A stretch of 46,591 nucleotides of DNA from Trichomonas gallinae (Eukaryota), in assembly GCA_008369845.1 (NCBI GenBank), contig MRSU01001653.1, forward strand, positions 1-46,591, in the 5' to 3' direction. Below are positions 20,701 to 26,286 of the stretch, piece after piece. The notes beneath the pieces were generated by a model, which saw only the letters and a list, made by a program, of their open reading frames with translations, ran no database searches and was not told where the DNA came from. The first letter of the stretch is position 1; the number at the start of each line of letters is the position of its first letter. The translations under genes were made by a program, and so were the position numbers.

Positions 20701-21123
20701 CTTGAAATTTTTATGCATTGGAATTTTTTCGATTGTTTTTTCATTTGCATCAATGGTCAAGAACTGAGAATCTAGTGAAGCTTCCATAAATTGAATAATT
20801 TCAGGTGGTGCTAAGTTTATTTCATCGATTATAATTGATAAACCCTTTTCGTACGCTTCTGTGTAAACTCCTTTTTGAAATGATATGAAATCGCCTTTAT
20901 TTGATAGAACAGTTCTTCCTATGAACTGATCAACGGTGACTTCACGACTGCAATTGAATATGATTGCGTCTTTTAGCGCGATTTTCGCAGAATATGTTTT
21001 AGCAGATCCTGTAGGTCCATTGAGAAGTACAGGATTTCCAGCATTTGTCGCTTCCCGGATTGCAGTGATCCTCTCCAGTGCCTCTTTAGTCGCAACAAAG
21101 CCGGCTGGAAGGTTTTGCGCCAT
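2740..21123 (-). CDS. Giant midasin/Rea1-related protein: 6 AAA+ modules, long linker, 3 vWA domains, probable GATase-like domain, Q/N-rich tail
   Basis: Six Walker A motifs (GPTGSAKT ~21000, SKKGAGKT ~20180, SQTGFGKT ~19350, GPSGYK ~18390, GPNGSGKS ~17320, GPTASGKT ~16490). MoxR/dynein-related features such as IIDEINLA and LVATQNP. vWA starts at LLDTSMS (~8800), IIDTNMS (~7810) and CIDGTKSM (~5980). Confidence 0.9.
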   Translation of the reverse strand: MAQNLPAGFVATKEALERITAIREATNAGNPVLLNGPTGSAKTYSAKIALKDAIIFNCSREVTVDQFIGRTVLSNKGDFISFQKGVYTEAYEKGLSIIIDEINLAPPEIIQFMEASLDSQFLTIDANEKTIEKIPMHKNFKLVATQNPAEEDFIKNRNRLPQKFLSKFNEINFNKFDRQEISIFADQRKLGNISVENFTNFHEFCINFVKNKNMNRYFTVRDIIYALSYINQSITPELAIYLSYCAGFNSESRELLSKELTNCKINVQLDKLPKFQLECEDCIMNPVLINILSMMNILCIMNSRPILLVSKKGAGKTKIAKLFAEYVHPKRKQPITLSCTPETTNQNLIGSYAMKSDTEFHSNLPINWVDGPVVKAIENGDVLLLDNIDNVPGQVIERINPLLDNLYDPNYEFPINERPENKNIKLNKDFRVVATASEETMKQISPALINRFAIIYIDDQFESAQSLKRSMKHYVHSMFDDEEIIEILLSKINDEISAKDLIKMVHTFKRLINVYPNIDRKLISSFFHWTFLNPNFDKIPDEFVKHIISKIENYPKTFHFKTSKSLKKFIATLVCMYHLGYHVVLQSQTGFGKTSAAEALGEILQTKVLKVSFNNETNISDLYGNVSFSSRHFQTKKGPLAEAISNGCIFIADELNLADTNVLKSLRTAVECQAGEEYELPNNEETIKVHENYFFIGCQNDISMMGRNALPPEFSSKIILLPYPELDEGDLKEIIRSIMIEMDPTKDLIQYLEQTKNLVISIRKSRLLKSNPWSLREVRRLFNRFLYFQTDGAPNITFELYDHAAFMLLNIHNEDQQTIREIVKVISSSFFNQADQDYQVKIRTLEQNLKSPVMVEIRPNDSKLVMRKGNLRLDVQRPNVDVPIQLIPFWETYFNMKITHPKESILLTGPSGYKEYIAINSSTNTRVVNLNTDTTTQSLIGSIILADRKSIVSMLMDVLSRLPRNNGLLKEGKEIKNEIFEGRFDHRRFNRFIQNVKNDKNEIQKVISQIESNITEQINSEQNTSFISNYSTFFRPGVITDGILQQKTLILKNFTQPSISVIERLNELLSNNPILTLTEDYTNTLVPPDNERIELQNLDFKVIAICTPEKKNKLSEAMLSRLTVIKTYEYKENQFQYILSNNFYDLFTQVSKTFNTNQKMLINRVGKRILQSAHNLKNLENFKTLAFSYALHACNYINLEIQANDLETPLTITPAIIESPNKFPSIPTPKTPIYSKIVFTKSIQKMVFNLFFAAFINFPTLIIGPNGSGKSITIKYLASLYNVEILSIPISRSTTVENIFGQNEITRTEDGSLFGFKPTNLVEKIDYSKNKGKVWIVFEGIDSASDSLLDAIAPIFDPDSDSVTLPNGDNIHKSDFMVFGLASKSIFNDSIMKNTIIYHKDDYDKNEFLQICSKVPKTNEELTKLIYDAKNHSKDSIFKMQITIRTFKNYLKLVNEAQSQYGHIKANLINFVKMKADINIQNENEIKIDNGHMLINSKPYPNFIEDKITRTAVSNLTPSEKDFFAIMDAINSVSIPIIAMGPTASGKTHSIQLFAEAAGKSLTVLQLNADTSDSIITGGFKPLSELRQAQRDEINQELEKLGDLKNEFPIIEWTPRALDAVCEQMNEYVSENPTLKPDKILIINNLIDKIKNDCQFYNLIEKHDSPVVDAMKNGKWLLLDGIEAAPPSFFDKLNSLLSSKPKITTMENGQYITIEAHNNFRLFMTYNPYDSSSKSRIPQNFLNRCYIMNLEPIDINDISTFTVIFGRIDASKIGIKRKNFLNFIARMTNFHIEKTKDGEHRDPLIDGRTLIKLARSLMCSASERNESLDTNIIIKSLFLNYYHSIDFTKYEKEIKDLYNREVDENFITKIEYKLSDSFSSDLDTLIEYLEECKKSAQFKLETFISQLFIIRFSNYSQIKKSVNEILESSMIHSSEQMFALDAMIFIRDFINDITGYAQVNIANQSLSSIKKGEYQAIDNFKTKCSAIMDFRLFPPTISSNDYKYYKLLDNCDNIQNTIRYILSISELRLELFDIGSFQYQFAKMFNQIKRDHPIRIVDIAENKNIQPGEILFIYNEGKLDSVDYGQRKFSFKNFEVDFIVFLKTFNPTTAINKLEFKPASINSNQFNLLLKNDKTICYLSLFNSKDDWKSIDNYYDQAFQISCELINKGNIHEFRMWKLIFKQICRVLDITKKEFDPKDHILINSLLRMENFISDMSELDFKQFKFANLFIQFQEYLSRFKTIPKPASKCSKKKLLIQPLLEYVETQQHNYQVIKWLIDEIIPENVSNFDCSKFISLAKIPFSLPKEYNVKSFGNLFVDEKNKSDTDWFYQISRYSYLKAIIFEIRSTRSLLAFREITKFYPDFKGKVLEIIDDIDQIQSYELRVTEDLMIKLKLRNNLIIESEMIKELNTFADVSQPVSNSWYETIQKVLKEIPPDTKLEFPNFGEPTVIEAFIKTAPEVFNLKDNKEFMNQHSKLLQEIPDSLDFLNRKQFRNIKNLKEFIKIYRKEENEQLNFYDSIIYNIQINSSSKNRSLDKLIPLHTILMKYNEEMTTFLKSSYQNRNYQFTVGFMIFRLFANITNIKIEFDDPEVVQPSIQNFAFQLFSGPYQYMLKMYNYIDAITENSLAEKLEEILTDKQTVSEYIISQKDRKLDYLNLSVQKIPKIVEHFLITHKIGFQNDIHEFLTNPEQSKIFDKFGQKLLPDFYDFSYKSINTLFDIVLNIPVASPTNPISALFNGCISSIAKYSLEKNSSLLNFIPAFLNTIYSRFTPQLFDSVISDSKKKGDFHDKDQDWASEIIWNPLQAFINFIKDTKVTLSPQYDMHIKVYNDEIENKVNRKNIYKNFMEAVIEDCENYNKNKVNKNVMKEWEQYSNSLLFYVNMLPYANAPAINPTIDFQTINNYMNDALIANANDSKVYATSYTYSIAIVKKKNPKSPSIDIVYQENEQRSLMCMHPLVIFRFNLTEDPNNYEFKDCDVEIKHLEIYSRSKPVQADFNQYLQNYLKKFDKLPKEQQKGFISSVSNLEINFGTEEFKEIQDLLKGFANESTPIEVFKKQLLSIKKAKLGVDQEYQMECTNKYIDDLKTTFERIQVTLNKIEEYVSKKSELDSIDVKELNFMPYPYPAKVDKSCPINLAKINTNHIFAPLISKDQDNNVDCSFKSLDFKLRDINQFETTPFQISIPITGKFSANDFELSDPGFYIEFLQSSLKIFVEIPPFSDETIVKTGCLKISDRYFPINVTMSFKQTPIYISSEGNRFVYDPIRDSFLLQKGIIFTDEKIPIKVINKFNAPIHHKLSFKKHSGSTQNEPPLVEYDDKNIVSYISFPNVSTVSMDVNVNLPAEESKKILLEGKVVKRPTILQICNLQRSIYDDTNTIYAGNLFCEYQILFKSYSLFSNDVLNIVIRSENQKSSLAIKYGDNIGTIFKIRKNLTSNKICEETSFSIRFKYKEVKIRPLIVTASLEKSGIEIFREFQVVPCYIRFTDQKVVYDVPQSAQIPQIPIYMFDSKSNKMTDVQSVKKLREYKNALVYSKFSYAEINESLNISVHYGQNNMSLVESPNNIKYDCFAVEENGRFTWSPTYRVRNPYRVILKKVSSYSTFSKHEDKNKSRRLWFPNYSDFETVKKIIENHPNFIGLIDCLVNGIEISKDELMTFNDLKTKKHVTNGDFMNFLKKLFQTRIDLIMKQNIKLNISDNFNQILSQQSKNIKIDCRIDQSDIDSIDMIFKAHVKKLLQDLVETKQNIGFKVLHDVYHNLSIDQAYPILNSQNAFDSASSEKIKETIGKIVDKANVEIIFQSMEKHIESKTKYIRFDSGSNNVTTRDKPEFQEDKRLEINSDGSDMKFEKFEKSSVIPVIQTMNNIFRILSDSFEVCKSMPNIVLAAIQKPNKQNNLHNKCSKFLETVHNWIEVVDNTDENNSLMSMTEYFKQCYDEMNTKLYGDGRSDCIFPSTVRPDVEDTWTNIADVLIDTDNSSNTEQNESKQVSGKNEISVEKPNRSTGLSIRIAKKANKDEGRTETFSSQQTETGEIDEWILNEMKGNSSTKFVPSVHKDYEWMKDRTKEIIDQHQEIKVQPMIDAAIPLVQAILNLAAENIELFESSDAVILLDTSMSIGEQRSSLFTLFTALAISLELLHVPTNLVAFCDNGFQFMIKSSCQVLTQEHIQLALDAYSVSRKLTDLADALDKCRNIPLQSRKRTIYVVSDGLFSNLNQTEAYIKILKDQNTHVSMLLNSLIKPDDFDFLNKFLGENINKINREFNYMDYFFIEDYENILFPSQSIANAFLRGFNQVIFDANKTHKVVVQQLKNINDVEPNIKLPSIKDLENLNEFHSSYNDSIIQEAHPFNTIEFQSHEPFISTTTKIYQLPNQIVEPIKLNHYKMLSAFEPNKPTQFSQSTKGSNISLKGLLQFYITQGQEQNIFLEKNSGYVLSQSLFIIIDTNMSCFNKFTVNETLHTIFCTLYSLKASDFETCTIFVANDNNVFELCQEVPVSTAFDENSPIWASIYKICSTPNLKSEISSALTAVYEIRAKQEAKRSFCICFSDALISATEREKIGSLIYLLENRNTNVIGIGIGFNPKMITKTFKYSIWSDNPYLIPKAFIDMIKGKFSNNVEIRSYEATEVEKAEIDGIINDNNKKHVYEEIFTMLDNIERKENTYSFYYNDFVEETRQRSDMIIDPTGSINVIQQIQTSKGFNQPSMYQLPGVKNYEQKTYSMAPSMNVNQNEIMDLGKGKIWNINVLICQFWDVAMLPSNVKGESKYITKSYLERANGITKSIKDLGAKYQIVQNYNDAILCLKSGQFSQAWVICGRGDNRKPDECNENGTSCYIDSFIEALIKFHQNGGGLYIAADNNPLTYEMNKFLEAIELEGEKPKFRFSRDEPGRKRLVFGNVDGDDAGIFDERKFIKVPGARRALYGYNVKYLFEGTTISCIPGDADLGKFQPFIYTTGGNISNVYYVSPANSIAGDIILDGSFTRLFNELETEGTLRFIKNIAVWLVSVEKRERQLGSPQLARSFKAQKFDIQLPKHKPQIKYYNFLQGKKIEICFCIDGTKSMLNELESKSDKQTERSMITGAQSIFKRLMEYIGEHYSDLDVRYAAVFFRDEAMATLLNQSVHKNKATVWDFNYHGGRGISPDDFDSVPVKGGAGDGPEDWVQAFTKVLSLKWDNNAKKIMIMITDASCHGTHFNSKSQKKMTDQDRIIDKSEDAKVISYMMQIAKQQIEVCFIYTKDDALKAVNAFSIIYNKCKGYNFTSRKETFADGGQVLKKEISNMITSIIDNAVSSLNIDPMKETSDIPYDPPPKKKPRQAISTKLEPIKNEDIKKLNIIKNANKIDLNKIKQPPKEEPKELKATGIVEYDKAAEKSTELNPIEVIKQGGMEIQAKKNQEEISHQEKVNKEIQKQTEPAVRSKEIQMNINQIPEEKTDVETLRRKINATTEEIMNSSERKSDKKASPFNQDDPSEQTVPLSVVQQMFEMFQSCIPKIAPTAANLASPQDPNMINIPGNFPYISQQIASMLGVQGNPMSQQIPGFSYQQMPMNSQSYVSNQQTNQNPSQSILSPQNIMATQVNQQQNIGQQNQNFANQSSFNPAQMMNQLQYPNMLFNPNYQFSPQMPFMPSFIANLPQMMNQFNNNGTYQQAMPTISPQIIANNQVMNQYSDQSFNPSQQNMQQFPSNFASNQQTMQGILQQNINSSQMMNQQTSPPQISNKQLNAVPPQQISQTQGTGLQNNIGFGQNQHYPQAQHDGQYHQNVPGISQQNIINSQLINQQNTGINLQNLQQSYQSQNPNQQMLSIKNNAISAPTQNPDQQIPFTPPNNQTINQYPNQNMNQSNETTTIEQNQQNSQAQNSEMNQQNNDVISPQSIRNGQMNQQNISPQNPNQQNTEFNSQNLQQMSKSQIPSQQMPSVQHNTGSAPTHNSDQQMNSNQSQSSQQMPFMQGFGFMPQNQNMNQFNSTATMIQNQQTSQVENTGTDQSISPSISQQNILSSRMNQQNISPLNTNQQQSIGQQNFGFNPQNMNQSGNISQSNTNSASQTQTTVPGFSQQSKMRNQTSDQDHQQNVIASQANRSQQYQQQPQQSFGLQNYQQTNQQMMQDMYQMQMYGNDSLAQQYQFYSPYQLQQQYQQQPQ

Positions 21124-21761
21124 TGTTGGATTTTGTCAAATAAAAATTGAATGTCTGTCTTATATTTAAAAAATATGTATTTTTGATTTAATGTCTTATA
21201 AAATCATTTTGACTGGATATTATACCAATATCTTAATTAATTATAGATCTGAAATAAGGTTAAAATGCATTTATTTAATGGAAAATTATCGTTTATACGA
21301 TTATTATTAATTCAAATTTCTGTCTGATGAGTTCAGTATTATAATAATGAATTTCTCGCATTTTATGAAGTATTATCACCTTTGTAAACAATTTAAAACA
21401 ATAGTTGAATTAAAGTTAAAGTCGTGTCATGAAATTTAGCAAATCGTAGTCTCATTAAAAAGAGATAGAGAAATCATTTCAATGAACGCTATTGTAAACA
21501 CAATTTGTCTTAATTCTTAATAAAAAGTATATTGCATAACAGATTTTATTCAAATACTGGATTTAATGTGAATACAATGAAATAATATATTGCATCAATG
21601 TTTTTCGAAATTGAATGTATTACAAAACATTTCATATATTGAATATGGTTTTGATATTGAATATTATCAAAATAAAAAAACTTTGAATTATAATATCCTT
21701 AAATATTTTATGTAAAACTTGGTGTATAATCCCTTTTATGGACCACTTTACGTAAAATGAT

Positions 21762-22949
21762 TTAAAGGTGCTTGTTGATGACACTGATGATCTCCTCAGC
21801 CTTGAACTGATTAGCAAGGTTGGAGAAGAAGAATGTCTTAGCATAGAAGGACTCACCGAGGTGTGTGAATGTCTTCTGCATGTGGCGGATAACAGCCTTG
21901 TAGTTATCCCAGTTCTTGATCTCGGATGGGCCGTTGCATGGGACTGGCTTGAGCTCCTTGTTAAGGAAGTCGATGATAGCATCAACTCTCTTATCAGCAG
22001 CCTTCTCAAGCTCAGAGCGGAAGATAGCCTGGACCTTAGCCTTGTCAGACTTCTTCTTGTAGGAGAGGGAAGCGATCTTAGCTTCTGTTTCCTTAGCCTT
22101 GATAGCACCTAAGGATGGTGAAGCAAGTGTGTTTGTGGACTTCTTTGGTGTGCCAATGAAAAGGGAAACTGGGCGTGTCTTGAGGGAAACATCACCGTAT
22201 TCCATAACGTGGGACTCCTTAACGCCGTCCTTGATTGGCTGGAAGGATTCGCCGATTGTGCATGTTGGATGGTTCTGCCAGTAGAGCTGGGAAACAGCGG
22301 AGAACTCGGATGTGAGGTACTGCTGGATGGAGTCATCCCACATAGCAGCATAGGATGATTCATGATCATTGGAAGCTGTCATCATGTAAAGCTTTGGAAC
22401 GCCAGCGACAACCTTAGCGACGGAGCCAGCGAAGCAAGCTGTGATTGGGAAGAAGCACTCCTTGTAGAGACCCTTGTCGTACATTGTCTGGAATGTGCGC
22501 TTGAGGTCATCGGCGTAGATGTAGTCACCGCAGCCATCTGGAACGCCAAGGATGCCATCACCACCGTGGTTATCGAAGAAGACCATAACATAATCGTCCT
22601 TTGTAGACTGGAGAGCTGGGCCAGCAGAGTTGTCGCCTGTAAGGACCTTGTAGAAGTTAGCAGCGTTGACCTTTGTGCCTGTGTACTGAATGTTAGAGCG
22701 GCCTGGGTAGATGTTGAGGTGATCGAGTGAGCGGAAGATTTGGCCCTTGAATGGGTTCTCAGCGTCGTTAACGATATCATCATAGCACATGAGGATAACT
22801 TTATCCTTTGGAAGATTGTTGACCTCTGTGATAAGGTGGTACATGTAGTAGGAGTCAGCTGTGTGGCGGTAGTTGTAGAATTCGTTGGAGCCGGTGAAGA
22901 TAACAGCCCACGTGTCGCAGCGGGCGATGCTGGCAAGAAGCGGTAGCAT
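21762..22949 (-). CDS. Legumain / asparaginyl endopeptidase (clan CD, family C13)
   Basis: WAVIFTGSNEFYNYRHTAD, catalytic His in DNHGG and Cys in TACFAGS. The track start at 23012 is TTG; the likely start is ATG 22949 (MLPLLASIARC, signal-like). Strong GC3 codon bias, stop TAAA. Confidence 0.95.
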   Translation of the reverse strand: MLPLLASIARCDTWAVIFTGSNEFYNYRHTADSYYMYHLITEVNNLPKDKVILMCYDDIVNDAENPFKGQIFRSLDHLNIYPGRSNIQYTGTKVNAANFYKVLTGDNSAGPALQSTKDDYVMVFFDNHGGDGILGVPDGCGDYIYADDLKRTFQTMYDKGLYKECFFPITACFAGSVAKVVAGVPKLYMMTASNDHESSYAAMWDDSIQQYLTSEFSAVSQLYWQNHPTCTIGESFQPIKDGVKESHVMEYGDVSLKTRPVSLFIGTPKKSTNTLASPSLGAIKAKETEAKIASLSYKKKSDKAKVQAIFRSELEKAADKRVDAIIDFLNKELKPVPCNGPSEIKNWDNYKAVIRHMQKTFTHLGESFYAKTFFFSNLANQFKAEEIISVINKHL

Positions 22950-23848
22950 CAAAAAATAAATTTTTATTTTGAGAGGGCGGTTAAAAATTGAATTCAAAAT
23001 AATCGTTGACAATGCGTAGAGTCAGACAAATTTTCATTTCTCTGAATGTAGATTAATAAAAACACTCTTTAAAAATTGAATCCATTGAATTTAATCTGCC
23101 GAAAAAATTATTAAACGATTTAATTTTATATAATAACACTAATACATTCAAAAAAAATTGAGAAAAAGCGAAAATGGTTCAAAAAGAAAAATATTCGTTT
23201 TATAAATCAACAATCATGATTGTATTGGAGAAAAAATTGAAACTTTTGTCAAGTTTTATCTGACAAATCAATCTGTTGCAGTTTTAAAATCATCACCGAT
23301 ATCGATCATGCACGGGAAGATGATTTTTCGTATGAGAATTCCTAAGCAATAAGAATGAGTTCCGAAACAATTTCGAAAAAAAAACGACTTTTGAACTGTG
23401 TTTCTAATCTTATTTTGATTTATTCAAAAACACGGCATGATTACATGCATATTCCAATAAGTTTTATCTTCAAATTCTTTACAATTGTTGGATTTTCCAA
23501 AAATTTTGACCAATATTTCGAATTTTTGGATTACCTCTCTCTTTGTCTATTATTATAAAAGTTTACTGTTATAAATTTAAGAATAACTATTATTATTCAT
23601 ATAAAAATTTAAAATTTTCATTTCTTTTTCTAATTTATTTGCATATTTAAACTAATTTAAAAAGTTGTTTTCTAACGTTAAAACATATGGGTTTGACAGA
23701 ATTATCATGTGCTAAATTATACGATCAAAACGAAAATAGCTAATACAGAAAAAATATCCTAAAATAAATTTTATTTATCTCGTTTCATGTAAATCAAGAC
23801 AATTTTGATTAATAACCATATACTTTTATTACAATGATAGTAGTGCTT

Positions 23849-24214
23849 TTACTGAAGCTCTTCAACATATTTTGTCAGAGCATCGACATTAGCTCCAACG
23901 ATTGTTCTGATTTCTCTAACATTGTCATCGACTGGCTTCTTGAAGAACTTGAACTGTGGAACGACTTCAACCTTGAAGTGTTCAGCAAGATCAGCTGATT
24001 CATCAACATTAGCCTTAAGGAATGTAACCTTTGGGTAGGCTTCAGCAATCTTTGGAAGAACACGTCCGATGTTCTTGCATGGGCCGCACCAATCAGCGAA
24101 GAAATCTACAACGACAAGTCCTTCAGCGTTGTTGATGGCTCCCTTGAGATCAAGGTGGGATCCCTCGAAGTGCTCAAGAGCAAAGCGTGAGAAAGATGAA
24201 ACAGAGGAAAGCAT
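23849..24214 (-). CDS. trx: Thioredoxin with probable hydrogenosomal targeting presequence
   Basis: WCGPC active site and VVVDFFADW. N-terminus MLSSVSSFSRFA fits the ML(S)...R trichomonad hydrogenosomal leader. Stop TAAA. Confidence 0.95.
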   Translation of the reverse strand: MLSSVSSFSRFALEHFEGSHLDLKGAINNAEGLVVVDFFADWCGPCKNIGRVLPKIAEAYPKVTFLKANVDESADLAEHFKVEVVPQFKFFKKPVDDNVREIRTIVGANVDALTKYVEELQ

Positions 24215-24224
24215 TTCTCTGAAA

Positions 24225-24234
24225 AGTGAAGTGA
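24225..24234 (-). promoter_or_regulatory. Tandem initiator (Inr) elements TCACTTCACT upstream of thioredoxin
   Basis: The minus strand reads TCACTTCACTTTTCAGAGAAATG, with TCAYW 11-20 nt before the ATG. Confidence 0.75.
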
Positions 24235-24936
24235 ATCAAAATTTTGTTTACAAACATTCAATTCTGGCATTTATAATTGGCTGGCCTACTACGCTTGCTA
24301 GTATGATATTTAGCTTCTGTAGGCTGTAAACAGTATATATTTTTTGAATTATTCGATAAATGTATCAATTGGAGAAATTTCTTTTCTGTTTTTTCGGTTC
24401 TTGAATGCTTGCTGCCGATAACAATGCTATAAAGCAAGTAATTAATACATTATACGGTCTTTTATCCATATATTGCATTAATTTACGCGTATAAATTAGA
24501 AAATATACATTATTTTAACTAAAATCTAGCCATTTCAACAATCAATATGTTAGTTATCTGAGTTTGGTGATATATATCAGGTTATTTGAGAATATGAAAT
24601 GATTTAAAATGATCAACATTTAATGTGAACGTAATGAACAAATTAGAGCTAATAGGTTTGGAGTATTTAATGAGGTGGATCTGTTGACAGTGAAATCAAG
24701 CAATGAATTAGTTTGTTTTCCTTAGAGAAATTCTCCACAGTTGTTGAATGGAAATAATGAACTTTACATGTCATTTTTGAGTTTACGCGTCTTATCGATA
24801 AAAATGACAAATCAACAACAATTCTCAAAAAATCGAAATAAAAAACATTACAATCACAATATATGTGCGAAATCCAGTTTTCAAAATTCGAATCAAATTG
24901 AGGGAGATTTTATCGGCCTGTTGATAAAAAAAAATT

Positions 24937-26100
24937 ATGGGTGCAGAAGTTTCCAAACTTAAGCATGGGAGTCGATCATATTCGCAAGATGTGTTCTCTC
25001 TCATATCAGGACAAAGATTCCTCTCCGACAGAGTAGAAACGATGAATCCAAAATCATCAATATCAAGAAGTATACCAAGAAATCTTGTCGCAGCTGAATA
25101 TCAAGCGGACTGGTCGGTATTATACAACTCAGAAGAAGCACCTCAGCCTAGAAAGTATCAATGTTCCTGTTATTCAAAAGAAAAAGATATTTTATTCGTT
25201 GCATACGGTCAAAGTTCAAAAGGAGATTATCTTAATGACTGCTGGGTATTAGATTTTTCAACAATGAAATGGACAAAACTTGCAAATGAACTATTATCTC
25301 CTCGTGCTGGCGCCAATTGCGTAATTATCGATAATACAGCTTTGATATTCGGTGGTGAGTATCAAGGTAATTATTACACCGACTTTCACGCTGTCAATTT
25401 GGATTCAGGTGAATTAAAACAGATAGAAACAAGCGGAATCTCTCCAGAGGCACGCTCAGGAGGTGTAATGGGCGAATGGAAGCGTAAAATATTTATCTGG
25501 GGTGGATTCAATGCTAAAATATTGAACGATATGTTTATTCTTAACCTTGAAAATTACGAATGGAGTCGTGTTGATATACATTACCTGGGAAGGGCAGCAC
25601 CAGCCTACTGTGTTATCGATAATTTCATATGGATTTACGGATCAACAAGAAATCAAGGATTGATTAGACTTGATATGGAAACGGAAAAATTAGAAGCCAT
25701 AGATACATCTGGAAAAACACCACCAATGGATAACCAATCAGCTTCAATAATCAATTTTGGCGATTATTTATTATATTTTGGCGGTAAATGCGAGCCAGAC
25801 ACTTATTCATTAGTATATGCATATAGTATATCTCGTTCCTTCTGGTTTAGCTTACACGTTCGACCTGATTCGGATTCACTGACTGTTTCTGATGGAGTTG
25901 TAAACGAAGATGGCCAATTTTTGCTTCCAAATGAGATAGGATTCTCGGCATTATACAGAGAAAGGAATAGAACTGTATATTCAATCTTTGGATCTTATTG
26001 TAAAGATCCATTGCCAATTTATCTATTATATATTGGCAATGCATTAGCTTTCCTCAACCACCAATCAGATATGCTTGCTATGTTTTCATTTTCATCTTGA
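24937..26100 (+). CDS. Kelch-repeat beta-propeller protein, probably N-myristoylated
   Basis: Repeated Kelch signatures (LIFGG..Y..D, IFIWGG...LND.F.L, LLYFGG). N-terminus MGAEVSK fits MGxxxS/K. Confidence 0.9.
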   Translation: MGAEVSKLKHGSRSYSQDVFSLISGQRFLSDRVETMNPKSSISRSIPRNLVAAEYQADWSVLYNSEEAPQPRKYQCSCYSKEKDILFVAYGQSSKGDYLNDCWVLDFSTMKWTKLANELLSPRAGANCVIIDNTALIFGGEYQGNYYTDFHAVNLDSGELKQIETSGISPEARSGGVMGEWKRKIFIWGGFNAKILNDMFILNLENYEWSRVDIHYLGRAAPAYCVIDNFIWIYGSTRNQGLIRLDMETEKLEAIDTSGKTPPMDNQSASIINFGDYLLYFGGKCEPDTYSLVYAYSISRSFWFSLHVRPDSDSLTVSDGVVNEDGQFLLPNEIGFSALYRERNRTVYSIFGSYCKDPLPIYLLYIGNALAFLNHQSDMLAMFSFSS

Positions 26101-26286
26101 TATTGTTTTAAATTAGAGATTTTGTGACTTTTATTAACTTGTTATTTACTATAGAATAAATGCATTGTAATATTTAAATTCGAATAGCAAAATAAAATTT
26201 TGACATATAAAATTATTTACACATCAGAATCTGACATGTAAAAATGACAATATAGAAGTTATAGCGACGTTCAAGATGATAAGTCG

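Noticed and set aside
2745..21169. Many 60-120-aa ORFs opposite or within the giant gene
   Set aside because: Typical antisense or off-frame shadows with no independent coding signal.
21632..22946. Several overlapping alternative-frame and antisense ORFs across legumain
   Set aside because: By-products of strong GC3 codon bias in a highly expressed gene; no recognisable protein features.
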